From positions 1 through 28,837 of the IMG/VR virus record IMGVR_UViG_3300020397_000464: 28,837 nt of DNA; one strand, written 5' to 3'. The translations under genes were made by a program, and so were the position numbers. This DNA comes from a virus (taxonomy: Duplodnaviria > Caudoviricetes). The notes under the pieces are model-generated. The model had not been told where the DNA came from and searched no databases. It was given only the letters and a program-made list of their open reading frames with translations. This document shows positions 9,204 through 16,784 of this stretch, piece after piece. Every line of letters begins with the position of its first letter. Positions within the stretch are counted from its first letter, which is position 1.

Positions 9204-9268
9204 GAGGTATACAAAGGGAGAGATTGAATAAAGTTTTACTATGATTCCCTGCACAATAAGGAAATTAA

Positions 9269-10345
9269 ATGAGGAAACTTTTTTTATCAATTACACTTTT
9301 ATCATTAGCGGGTATAATGGCTGCAGATGATGGTGCGACTGGAACTTGTGACGCAGGTACTCAGTATTGTGAGGCGTTGAATACTACCAACAATACAACC
9401 ACAAATAATACCAACACCAATACCAATACCAACACAAATACCAACACCAATACCAATACCAATACCAACACGAATACCAATAATAATACTAGCGTTAATA
9501 CTAATACTAACACGAATACTAGCACAAATAACAATACCAATGTTAATACCAATAATAATACTTCTACTAGCACTAACACTAATAATAATAACAATGTGAA
9601 TGTTAATACGAATAATAATACTTCTTCTAGTACGGTGAATAGTACAAGTAATAATACTAGTAATGTAACTTCGAATAATACCAACACGAATAATAATAAC
9701 AATAATACCACTTCGAATAATACCAATACGAATAATAATTATAGTGAAAGTAATTCTAATTCGAATGTAAATACAAACAATACAAATACGAATAATACTA
9801 CTTCGGACAATACAAACAGGAACATAAATGAGTCCAAGTCTGAACAAGTAATTACTCAAAACATCAATACAAAAGCTCCACCAGCTTCAGCGATAGCACC
9901 AAGTATCATGAGTTATTCGCAAGATTTATGTACTACTGGTGTTTCAGGAGCATTCCAAGGACAGGTCTTTGGTTTCTCAGCTGGTAAGACAATCAAAGAC
10001 GAGAATTGTGAAAGATTAAAACTTTCTAAGTATCTTTACGATATGGGTATGAAAGTCGCCTCTGTGGCTTTACTTTGTCAAGATGAAAGAGTCTTCTCAG
10101 CTATGCGAATGGCAGGAACTCCATGTCCTTACAAAGGTGAAATCGGACAGAAAGCTTCATATCAATGGGCTAAAAATCCACACGATATGCCAACTTACGA
10201 AAAAGATAAAGAAAAATATATCAAACAATGTAAGAGAGAAAAAGTTGAAAGTGGGCCTAAGAAAGGTGCTAAAAAATCTACTAGAACTTGTAGAAAAGAA
10301 TTTGAAGATTCATTCTATAAAATCAGAAACGATATAGAGGGCTAA
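9269..10345 (+). CDS. Exported Asn/Thr-rich protein with Cys-containing C-terminal domain
   Basis: Signal-peptide-like MRKLFLSITLLSLAGIMA, about 145 aa of N/T low complexity, and a C-terminal PPASAIAPS..CTTGVSG..CERLKL..LCQD..GTPCP domain. Confidence 0.8.
   Translation: MRKLFLSITLLSLAGIMAADDGATGTCDAGTQYCEALNTTNNTTTNNTNTNTNTNTNTNTNTNTNTNTNTNNNTSVNTNTNTNTSTNNNTNVNTNNNTSTSTNTNNNNNVNVNTNNNTSSSTVNSTSNNTSNVTSNNTNTNNNNNNTTSNNTNTNNNYSESNSNSNVNTNNTNTNNTTSDNTNRNINESKSEQVITQNINTKAPPASAIAPSIMSYSQDLCTTGVSGAFQGQVFGFSAGKTIKDENCERLKLSKYLYDMGMKVASVALLCQDERVFSAMRMAGTPCPYKGEIGQKASYQWAKNPHDMPTYEKDKEKYIKQCKREKVESGPKKGAKKSTRTCRKEFEDSFYKIRNDIEG
9380..9816 (+). repeat. Coding low-complexity (AAY ACN)n repeat encoding (Asn-Thr)n
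   Basis: Tandem ACCAAT/ACCAAC hexamers at about 9410-9480, degenerating downstream. Confidence 0.9.
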
Positions 10346-10346
10346 A

Positions 10347-10394
10347 ATGACAAAATGTAAATGTTGTAAATGCTGTGATTGCAGTTGCTGTTAA
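10347..10394 (+). CDS. 15-aa Cys-rich microprotein MTKCKCCKCCDCSCC
   Basis: Fills the gap between two genes, preceded by AGAGGG, and 8 of 15 residues are Cys encoded by mixed TGT/TGC codons. Confidence 0.65.
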   Translation: MTKCKCCKCCDCSCC

Positions 10395-10402
10395 GATGAA
10401 TC

Positions 10403-12808
10403 ATGGATTGGGAAAAATTTAAAGATAAATTAGAGCTAGGTATTCTAAGTACATTTTTTCTTCTTTGTTTAATATCTATAGCTAATCCTTTAAGTGCTCA
10501 ATATGTCTATGAATCCAATCAGCCACTAATTGATTTAACTCAAGAATCAGGCACAACTAGTTTAAACTCAGGTGACGACCAGTTATCTAATGCCTTTAAT
10601 TTAAACTTCACTTTTAACTTATATGACCAGAGTTTCACATCAGCTCGCATGGCGACGAATGGATGTCTCCATTTCAATTTAGGAACAGCTAATCAAAACT
10701 ATAATAACTATTGTGGTGATTATACACCAGACCCTTTACCTCAATATAACTACACATTGTTTCCATTCTGGACAGATTTAATTAGAGATAATCAATCTAA
10801 AATGTTAGCTAAAAACTTTAGTGATAAGTCAGTTTTTGGTTGGTATAATATGCGTGAATATAACCGTGCTAATACAGATAATAGTTTTGAAGTAATATTA
10901 TGGCCTAATTCTACTTTTGATTTTAGATATGGTGGATTAAATATTATTCAGCATGATGTTTTAATTGGTGAACAAGGGGACTCAAACAACTATTATCAAT
11001 ATCTTTTCTATGATGAATGTAATACAGGGACAACAAATGTGGCTGGAACTTGTGTAAATACAAATTGGAATAATTCTACATTTAATACCTTATTAGAGAA
11101 TGGTGGTTCATTATATGGTTCAGGTTCTGGTAATGGTATAGACTGTAGTAACCCTTTGAATGACTCTAGTTGTCCAGGTTATGCACAAGCTTACGAAACT
11201 CAACAATGTGGTTTAAACGCACTTTATTCAGAAAACTGTTCAGGTTATTGGGAAGCTTTTGATGATTTACAATGTAGTTTAGACCCACAATACGCACCTT
11301 TTTGTCGTGGATATAGACAAGAAGATTCTGTAGCTTTCTTTGATGAAGATAATGTTGACTATGGAACAAGTGACGAAGATATGTTTGGATTTGATACAGA
11401 CGGATACATTGAAGATGATTTTAGTACAGGTGCTATAGTTTTTGATTTTGACGGCACAGGTAGACCTGATGGCCAAGAACCAGATGAAGTCTTCATAGTT
11501 CTAGATGATGATTTATTTACAGAAGAATTTTCATATGATGATTTTTTAGAAGAGACAGAATTACGAGAAGAGGAAGTTTTTGTTATAAACTTTGATGATG
11601 ACTTCAATGGTGGATTCAACGACCCATTCGGTGGTCCAGATGAACCTTTTCTTGACCCTTTACCATTTGTAGACCCAAGTTTTCAACAGATAGAAGAATT
11701 AGTTTTACTTGAAACTTTAGAAACATTTCCTGTTCCAGGTTTTGAGTTAGATGACCCTGTAAGTATTGATGTAGAAGAAATAATAGAAACACAAATAGCA
11801 GCTATCGAAGAGAGACGCGAAGAAAGAGAAGAAAGAGAAGCTGAAGAAGAGTTTGCAGAAGTTCTTGAAGAGCTTTTTCAAGATGAAGCTGAAGGTGAAA
11901 GATTAGCAGAAGAAGTTTTTGAAGAAGAGGCTGTAGAAGAAACAATAGAAGCGTTAGAAGAGATATTTGAAGAAGAATTAATAGCTAGAGAAGAAGAACT
12001 AGAAGAAGAAATATTCGAAGAAGATATTCAAGTTGTAGCCTCTATCGAGAGAGAAGATGGTGGTAGTTCATTCTCTAGAGAAGATAGATTGGCTGTTGTA
12101 GCCTCTACTATAACTGCCGCACAAAATTCAGTTTCAGGAACTAATGCTGGTACGACAGCAGCTTCTGGTGGATACTCAGCATCAAGTAGTAATTCTGTAT
12201 CAAGTGGTAATTCAGCTATAACTAGTTCAATAGCAGGTTCAAGTACATTTTCTTCTGGTTCGATTTCAGACCAAGTACAAGCTTCTGCAGTTCAGACACA
12301 ACAAATTTTAACAATGAGTGACTCAGGGGCAGCAGGCGGAGAAGTCTCAAGTATTACAACTACCTCATCTCCAATGCCAGGAATTAATACTAGTTCTGTA
12401 GTAGCGTCATCAGGCTCAGACGCACAGTCATCAGTGCAGTCACAACTTGATAGTAGTGTATCAGGTGATATGTCGGCTACAGAAACAGAAGCATTAGTCA
12501 GTCAAATAGTAGCACAAAATTTACAAGAAGCTCAAGAAGAATTACAGGCATCAGCCAATAACTCAAACACAGGTGAATATGGAGACCAAACTCAACTTGT
12601 AGCCTTCATAGGTTTCAATCCTGGTTTCACTAAATATTATGATGTTAGACTACAAGATAATTCTACTTGGTATAAACCTGAACAAATATATGCTAATAAT
12701 GTCATGACAGATAATATCACGGCATTTTACACATACGCAAATCAGAGTATAAATAGCTTATCAAGTATGATAAATTTACAACCTGAATTAGAAGGAGGAG
12801 AATTATAA
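10403..12808 (+). CDS. Large acidic exported or membrane-anchored protein with nidogen(NIDO)-like N-terminal domain
   Basis: N-terminal hydrophobic helix, DD..S.AFNLNFTFNLY..F..A...TNG and LFPFWTDL, Cys repeats, then D/E-rich and Ser-rich regions. Confidence 0.7.
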   Translation: MDWEKFKDKLELGILSTFFLLCLISIANPLSAQYVYESNQPLIDLTQESGTTSLNSGDDQLSNAFNLNFTFNLYDQSFTSARMATNGCLHFNLGTANQNYNNYCGDYTPDPLPQYNYTLFPFWTDLIRDNQSKMLAKNFSDKSVFGWYNMREYNRANTDNSFEVILWPNSTFDFRYGGLNIIQHDVLIGEQGDSNNYYQYLFYDECNTGTTNVAGTCVNTNWNNSTFNTLLENGGSLYGSGSGNGIDCSNPLNDSSCPGYAQAYETQQCGLNALYSENCSGYWEAFDDLQCSLDPQYAPFCRGYRQEDSVAFFDEDNVDYGTSDEDMFGFDTDGYIEDDFSTGAIVFDFDGTGRPDGQEPDEVFIVLDDDLFTEEFSYDDFLEETELREEEVFVINFDDDFNGGFNDPFGGPDEPFLDPLPFVDPSFQQIEELVLLETLETFPVPGFELDDPVSIDVEEIIETQIAAIEERREEREEREAEEEFAEVLEELFQDEAEGERLAEEVFEEEAVEETIEALEEIFEEELIAREEELEEEIFEEDIQVVASIEREDGGSSFSREDRLAVVASTITAAQNSVSGTNAGTTAASGGYSASSSNSVSSGNSAITSSIAGSSTFSSGSISDQVQASAVQTQQILTMSDSGAAGGEVSSITTTSSPMPGINTSSVVASSGSDAQSSVQSQLDSSVSGDMSATETEALVSQIVAQNLQEAQEELQASANNSNTGEYGDQTQLVAFIGFNPGFTKYYDVRLQDNSTWYKPEQIYANNVMTDNITAFYTYANQSINSLSSMINLQPELEGGEL
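12748..12755 (+). promoter_or_regulatory. Possible internal T4 late promoter
   Basis: TATAAATA ending 52 nt before the ATG at 12808. Confidence 0.45.
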
Positions 12809-13254
12809 TGGACTGGTTTCAATCAAAAGCAGCTCAGATAATAGCATTAGTATCAATTATCGGTACCCTAGCAGGGTTCGGATATACAGGAGCTACATAC
12901 ATCAATAGACTAGAAAATCTAGAAAATAAAATTGGTGGTGTAGACGAAGCAGAAGATAGTCAAAAAGTAATCGAAGAAAGATTTGCTGGACTAGAAGCTA
13001 AAGTAGATAGTTACGAAAAACTCTATGATGAATCTCAAGAGGGAGTTTCTGAAAGTTTTAAAGCTCAATCTATGAGAATAGTTGAGTTAGAAGCTCAAGT
13101 ACAGAATCTATTAATTAAACTTGAAAATGTAGGTGATGAAGAGAAAGTAAATGACTTAGAAAAACAAGTTGAAAGAAACGCTGATTCTATTGAAGATTTA
13201 GAAGATGATATAGAGGAACTAAAAGACTCAAACAAAAATCCTTTGTCTGGATAA
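12808..13254 (+). CDS. Membrane-anchored coiled-coil protein
   Basis: GGAGGAG SD, N-terminal TM segment, heptad-rich remainder ending NKNPLSG. Confidence 0.8.
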   Translation: MDWFQSKAAQIIALVSIIGTLAGFGYTGATYINRLENLENKIGGVDEAEDSQKVIEERFAGLEAKVDSYEKLYDESQEGVSESFKAQSMRIVELEAQVQNLLIKLENVGDEEKVNDLEKQVERNADSIEDLEDDIEELKDSNKNPLSG

Positions 13255-13419
13255 ATGTCAAATTGGATATTTCAAAAGTTAGCACCTTACGCCGTAAAAT
13301 ATAGAGAGTGGTCAAAAGGTAAAACTTGGATTAATATACCATTATGGATTCTTATACTCTGGTTATTAGGGTTTGCTAATCCTTATTGGTGTGTTTATCC
13401 TGTTTGCTGGATTGTTTGA
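13255..13419 (+). CDS. Small Trp-rich membrane protein (54 aa)
   Basis: Abuts the upstream stop. Sequence MSNWIFQKLAPY...PLWILILWLLGFANPYWCVYPVCWIV. Confidence 0.65.
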   Translation: MSNWIFQKLAPYAVKYREWSKGKTWINIPLWILILWLLGFANPYWCVYPVCWIV

Positions 13420-13446
13420 CAACGCGCTACAACTTTTACTAAGATC
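13416..13446 (+). promoter_or_regulatory. Sigma70-type promoter with GATC overlapping -10
   Basis: TTGACA-N18-TAAGAT(C), with ATG 6 nt downstream. Confidence 0.7.
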
Positions 13447-13451
13447 GTATT

Positions 13452-13799
13452 ATGATAAATGAAGCTCAAGGTAGATACATAGGACAACCCAAAGAAAGAT
13501 ACGAATGGGTTTTAAAATTTATAACTTCACATACAACCTCAAGAGGGTATTATGTTCATAACTATGTCGATAGAGATGGTAATTCTGTTATCGCATTTGC
13601 AGATGAACCTAAACCTAAGAATGGTAAAGACAAAATGTCTGGAGAACTAGACCCAATTTCTGAAGGTAGTATTTTTAGATGTAAAGCTACCGTGAACAGA
13701 CACGCAATCAATACCTTTCAAGGTAATAATATGAAACAAACAATAATTAATAGAATGTCAGATATTCATAAATTATATGATACTGAATTAGAAGAATGA
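13452..13799 (+). CDS. Hypothetical protein, possible OB-fold
   Basis: YIGQPKER...D.DGN.V...KATV..H...KQTIINR pattern. Confidence 0.7.
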   Translation: MINEAQGRYIGQPKERYEWVLKFITSHTTSRGYYVHNYVDRDGNSVIAFADEPKPKNGKDKMSGELDPISEGSIFRCKATVNRHAINTFQGNNMKQTIINRMSDIHKLYDTELEE

Positions 13800-14002
13800 A
13801 AATGAGAGTGTTAGTAAAAAATTACGGCGATGTAAGAGTCTTTAAAGATAGACCTTACGGATATAAAAGATACATAGTTGAATGGCTAAATGGCCAATCT
13901 GAATGGGAAGATAATACAGAGATATATTCTGGTATTTGGTATTCAGAAAAACAAATTTTAAAAAAAGTCGAAAAAAGATTAGAAAACGGCTTGAAATCCT
14001 AA
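13796..14002 (+). CDS. Hypothetical protein
   Basis: ATGA overlap with the upstream ORF, 68 aa. Confidence 0.7.
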   Translation: MKMRVLVKNYGDVRVFKDRPYGYKRYIVEWLNGQSEWEDNTEIYSGIWYSEKQILKKVEKRLENGLKS

Positions 14003-14022
14003 AAAAACACCATATATAGATC
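13990..14022 (+). promoter_or_regulatory. RpoH (sigma32)-like heat-shock promoter
   Basis: CTTGAA-N15-CATATAT directly upstream of hsp20, followed by GATC at 14019. Confidence 0.6.
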
Positions 14023-14087
14023 ATGTAGATGCTCGAATGAGGTCTACATTTAAATTTAAACTTGCTTAATAATAGGAGAAAAAAATG
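14023..14087 (+). promoter_or_regulatory. ROSE-like RNA thermometer in the hsp20 5' UTR
   Basis: 5' hairpin 14023-14049, then CTTGCT (14061-66) pairing with SD AGGAG (14074-78) with a bulged G. Confidence 0.7.
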
Positions 14088-14537
14088 ACAAGATTAGACT
14101 TATTTGGGCAGTTCAGCCCTTTCACAGTTGGATTTGATAGAGTTTTTGACGAACTAAATCGAGTTCAATCAACATCACAAAGTAATTATCCACCTTACAA
14201 TATTCGTAAAGGTAATGAGGAAGATTCTTATCTCATTGAACTAGCAGTCGCTGGTTTTGGAAAAGATGATTTATCTGTAATGGTCAAAGAAAATAATTTG
14301 ACTATTGAAGGAGATATTTCTCATAAAGATAGTGCCTTTGTTCATCAAGGAATCTCACAAAGAAAATTCTCTAGAAACTTTGTTCTAGCAGAAGATGTTC
14401 TTGTAAAAGGTTCCGATTTATCAAACGGAATATTATCAATATTTTTAGAAAGAGTTGTACCAGAGGAGAAGAAAGCCAGAACTATTGATATAGGGAAGGT
14501 TTCAGCTTCAATGAAGAAACAATTCTTAGCTGAATAA
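14085..14537 (+). CDS. hsp20: Small heat-shock protein (Hsp20/IbpA family)
   Basis: VGFDRVFDEL, NYPPYNI, IELAVAGF, HQGISQRKFSRNF and NGILSIFLER. Confidence 0.95.
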   Translation: MTRLDLFGQFSPFTVGFDRVFDELNRVQSTSQSNYPPYNIRKGNEEDSYLIELAVAGFGKDDLSVMVKENNLTIEGDISHKDSAFVHQGISQRKFSRNFVLAEDVLVKGSDLSNGILSIFLERVVPEEKKARTIDIGKVSASMKKQFLAE

Positions 14538-14544
14538 TAGTGTG

Positions 14545-14737
14545 TTGGGTGCTTTCTTGCTGGAGAGCATATAACATTAATCGAGTTGAAGGCCATCAAC
14601 TCAACGGAGGGACAGAGCCTGATAGGAACTCATAATTGGCACCCGAATAGAGAGCACTAAAATTTAGTTTCAACCACACTTGGTAGTGTGTCGGGCGAAT
14701 TAAGTAGCCTGAACAGAGAGCACCCAAGTGTGGTTGA
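14545..14737 (+). ncRNA. Structured intergenic RNA element of unknown class
   Basis: GC-elevated region with no convincing ORF. 13-bp closing stem 14545-57/14715-27, internal hairpins, and a competing perfect 14-bp inverted repeat 14670-83/14724-37. Confidence 0.55.
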
Positions 14738-14762
14738 CAATATTAGATTATGGGTATAGGAT
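14734..14762 (+). promoter_or_regulatory. Sigma70-type promoter
   Basis: TTGACA-N17-TAGGAT, with GTG start 6 nt downstream. Confidence 0.7.
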
Positions 14763-14768
14763 GCATAA

Positions 14769-15062
14769 GTGATTGGAAATTATAGTAAAGAAGAATTAGA
14801 AAAATCAAAAAGAATATTTAAATCAGCAACACCAAAGTATACACCTGATTGGTATATAAAATGGATTGCTAGTGTTTTCGTGCTTGTCGCTATGAGTATT
14901 CGTGGTGTAGAAGAATATATAATGTATGATTTATATCTCTCAACTATAGGTATTTCTTTATGGTTAATTGTATCAGTTTTATGGAGAGACAGAGCTTTAA
15001 TAATGTTAAATGGGGCAGGTCTTTTATTTTTAATTCGTAATATTTTTCAAAATTTATTATGA
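14769..15062 (+). CDS. Small membrane protein (3 TM)
   Basis: DWYIKWIASVFVL...LWRDRALIMLNG. Confidence 0.75.
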   Translation: MIGNYSKEELEKSKRIFKSATPKYTPDWYIKWIASVFVLVAMSIRGVEEYIMYDLYLSTIGISLWLIVSVLWRDRALIMLNGAGLLFLIRNIFQNLL

Positions 15063-15514
15063 AAGAATTTGATTACAGTTTAGATTATAAAAATACTTTG
15101 TTTGAGCCTAATGATTATAGATATAGAATAGGCAGAGGAGAACAAGGCGTATTATTAGTTAGACCATATACAGATGATATCTGTAAACATTGGAAATTTA
15201 AAACACCTAAGATAGCAGAAAAATCAGCTAGAGTAATTACAGAAATGTTTTTTGAATATCTTTATGAAGATGATTTTGTTGGCATGGATATGTGTCGTAA
15301 ATTTTTAGAAATGGGTTTTACAAGGTCTAGAAGATACGCGAATCATAAAGACGGTAAAAAATACGATAAATATGGAAACATATTACCTCAGGAGAAAGAT
15401 TGGGCTACAAGTGATAAAGCTATATCTGCTAAAATATTCAAAGTCTACAGAGACTTAGTTGCAAAAAATGAAATCTATCAAAAAAGAAGAAAAGCTTGGC
15501 GAGAGAATGAGTGA
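15059..15514 (+). CDS. DUF4385-like protein
   Basis: YRIGRGEQGVLLVRPY and DFVGMDMCRKFLEMGFTRSRRYANH. Confidence 0.8.
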   Translation: MKEFDYSLDYKNTLFEPNDYRYRIGRGEQGVLLVRPYTDDICKHWKFKTPKIAEKSARVITEMFFEYLYEDDFVGMDMCRKFLEMGFTRSRRYANHKDGKKYDKYGNILPQEKDWATSDKAISAKIFKVYRDLVAKNEIYQKRRKAWRENE

Positions 15515-15875
15515 CGGCAAAGAATTAGATAAATACTATCCATTATTTGATGATGGATTATATACCGAAGTCGTTCATGAAACAGGCGAAAGAGGTATAC
15601 AAATATTGAAAGGCGATTATAAAGATGTTGTCTTTCAGTATGGTAAAATAGAATTTGTTCCTAGAGAAGAATCGGAAACACCGAGTATAAACTTTGATAG
15701 GGCGATAAGGAAATGTCCACCTGATTTAATTGATACCATATCAGAGGACAAAACTTTTAATCAGCTAATGGGTGATATATTAATTGAACTCTTAGCTAAT
15801 CAAGGTATCGAGGAGTATAACAATGCAATACAGCGACAACTTCATGAAGAGACTCCGAGAGGAGATAATAGCTGA
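15507..15875 (+). CDS. Hypothetical phage protein
   Basis: I.ILKGDYKDVVFQYGKI motif. Start moved to ATG 15507 to minimise overlap. Confidence 0.7.
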   Translation: MSDGKELDKYYPLFDDGLYTEVVHETGERGIQILKGDYKDVVFQYGKIEFVPREESETPSINFDRAIRKCPPDLIDTISEDKTFNQLMGDILIELLANQGIEEYNNAIQRQLHEETPRGDNS

Positions 15876-16290
15876 CGAAGGAGAAGTCCTTCATGTTTAT
15901 TTGGACCATTTAGGTTATGAGACAGTTGGCGTAGGACACTTAATTAGACCAGGTGATGCTGAACATGGAAAAGGCGAAGGCTTTCAGATTACAAAAACCA
16001 GGTCAGACGAACTATTATTCCAAGACTTAAATATTTGTCTAGAGGAATGTGAACATCACCTAGAAAGGTGGGAACATTATTCAGAGGAAGTTAAACTCAT
16101 TTTAGCCAATATGGCATTTAATTTAGGTATTACTAAATTGAAGAAGTTCAAAATGATGTTTTTAGCGATTGACTCTGGAGATTATGTAAGAGCTTCAGAA
16201 GAGGGCCTTGACTCTAGGTGGGCTAAACAAGTCTACAATAGAGCTAAAAGGTTGATGAACCGTTTGCGTGATGCAGACATAGAAGAGTAA
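15823..16290 (+). CDS. e: T4-type lysozyme (GH24)
   Basis: Catalytic E-x8-D-x5-T in DEGEVLHVYLDHLGYETVGVGHL, plus NMAFNLG and DSRWAKQV..RAKRL. GAGGAG SD. Confidence 0.92.
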   Translation: MQYSDNFMKRLREEIIADEGEVLHVYLDHLGYETVGVGHLIRPGDAEHGKGEGFQITKTRSDELLFQDLNICLEECEHHLERWEHYSEEVKLILANMAFNLGITKLKKFKMMFLAIDSGDYVRASEEGLDSRWAKQVYNRAKRLMNRLRDADIEE

Positions 16291-16300
16291 GGAGTAAATT

Positions 16301-16516
16301 ATGTTTTTTTCATGGTTTAAAAAATTATTTGTATCTGAACCTAGTGGCGTGAGAGCGAAAGACAAAAGAGGTAGATTCGTAGCTGACGACCCTAATACAC
16401 CAGATGTAAATGAAGCTTATGTTGATGGTAAAAAACCAAAATCAAAAGCTAAAGCCAAAGCCCCAGCTAAGAAGAGGGGAAGAGGAAGACCTAAAGGGTC
16501 AAAAAATAAAAAATAA
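16301..16516 (+). CDS. Small basic protein with AT-hook-like tail
   Basis: GRFVADDPNTPDVNEA and KRGRGRPKGSKNK. AGGAG SD. Confidence 0.8.
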   Translation: MFFSWFKKLFVSEPSGVRAKDKRGRFVADDPNTPDVNEAYVDGKKPKSKAKAKAPAKKRGRGRPKGSKNKK

Positions 16517-16530
16517 GGAAAAATTTTATA

Positions 16531-16743
16531 ATGAATTATTTGTTTCAAGCTTTATTAAAAAAATACGAAGGCGATATAGAGACTGCTAAGGCAAATCTAA
16601 AAGTCTATGAGAGTAACCCAGCTGGTATCGGAGAACATCCAGATATAGTTGAAGCTATGGATACTCAGGTAGCTAAAATCGCTGAAGCTGAAGATAAGAT
16701 TTCTGTTATCAAAAAACATTTTGAACCTCAGAAAGTTGTATAA
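16531..16743 (+). CDS. Conserved phage hypothetical protein
   Basis: NPAGIGEHPDIVEA motif in a helical hairpin. Confidence 0.8.
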   Translation: MNYLFQALLKKYEGDIETAKANLKVYESNPAGIGEHPDIVEAMDTQVAKIAEAEDKISVIKKHFEPQKVV

Positions 16744-16749
16744 ACTATC

Positions 16750-16779
16750 TAGACAAAATACAACTTTTATGAGATCATA
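16750..16779 (+). promoter_or_regulatory. GATC-containing promoter of DNA polymerase
   Basis: TAGACA-N17-GATCAT, with ATG 6 nt downstream. Shares a 17-mer with 22383-22399. Confidence 0.6.
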
Positions 16780-16784
16780 AGAAT

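Noticed and set aside
9164-9243. Selenocysteine read-through of the iscA TGA
   Set aside because: The hairpin surrounds the codon rather than following it, and the IscA domain is already complete.
9380-9816. Possible CRISPR array or non-coding satellite
   Set aside because: No repeat-spacer structure. It is in-frame coding low complexity.
9305-9859. Minus-strand hydrophobic ORFs (184 and 121 aa)
   Set aside because: They are antisense shadows of the Asn/Thr repeat.
7486-10394. RiPP cluster (ATP-grasp ligase plus Cys peptide precursor)
   Set aside because: The peptide has no leader or graspetide core, the genes appear to be in different transcription units, and there is no transporter.
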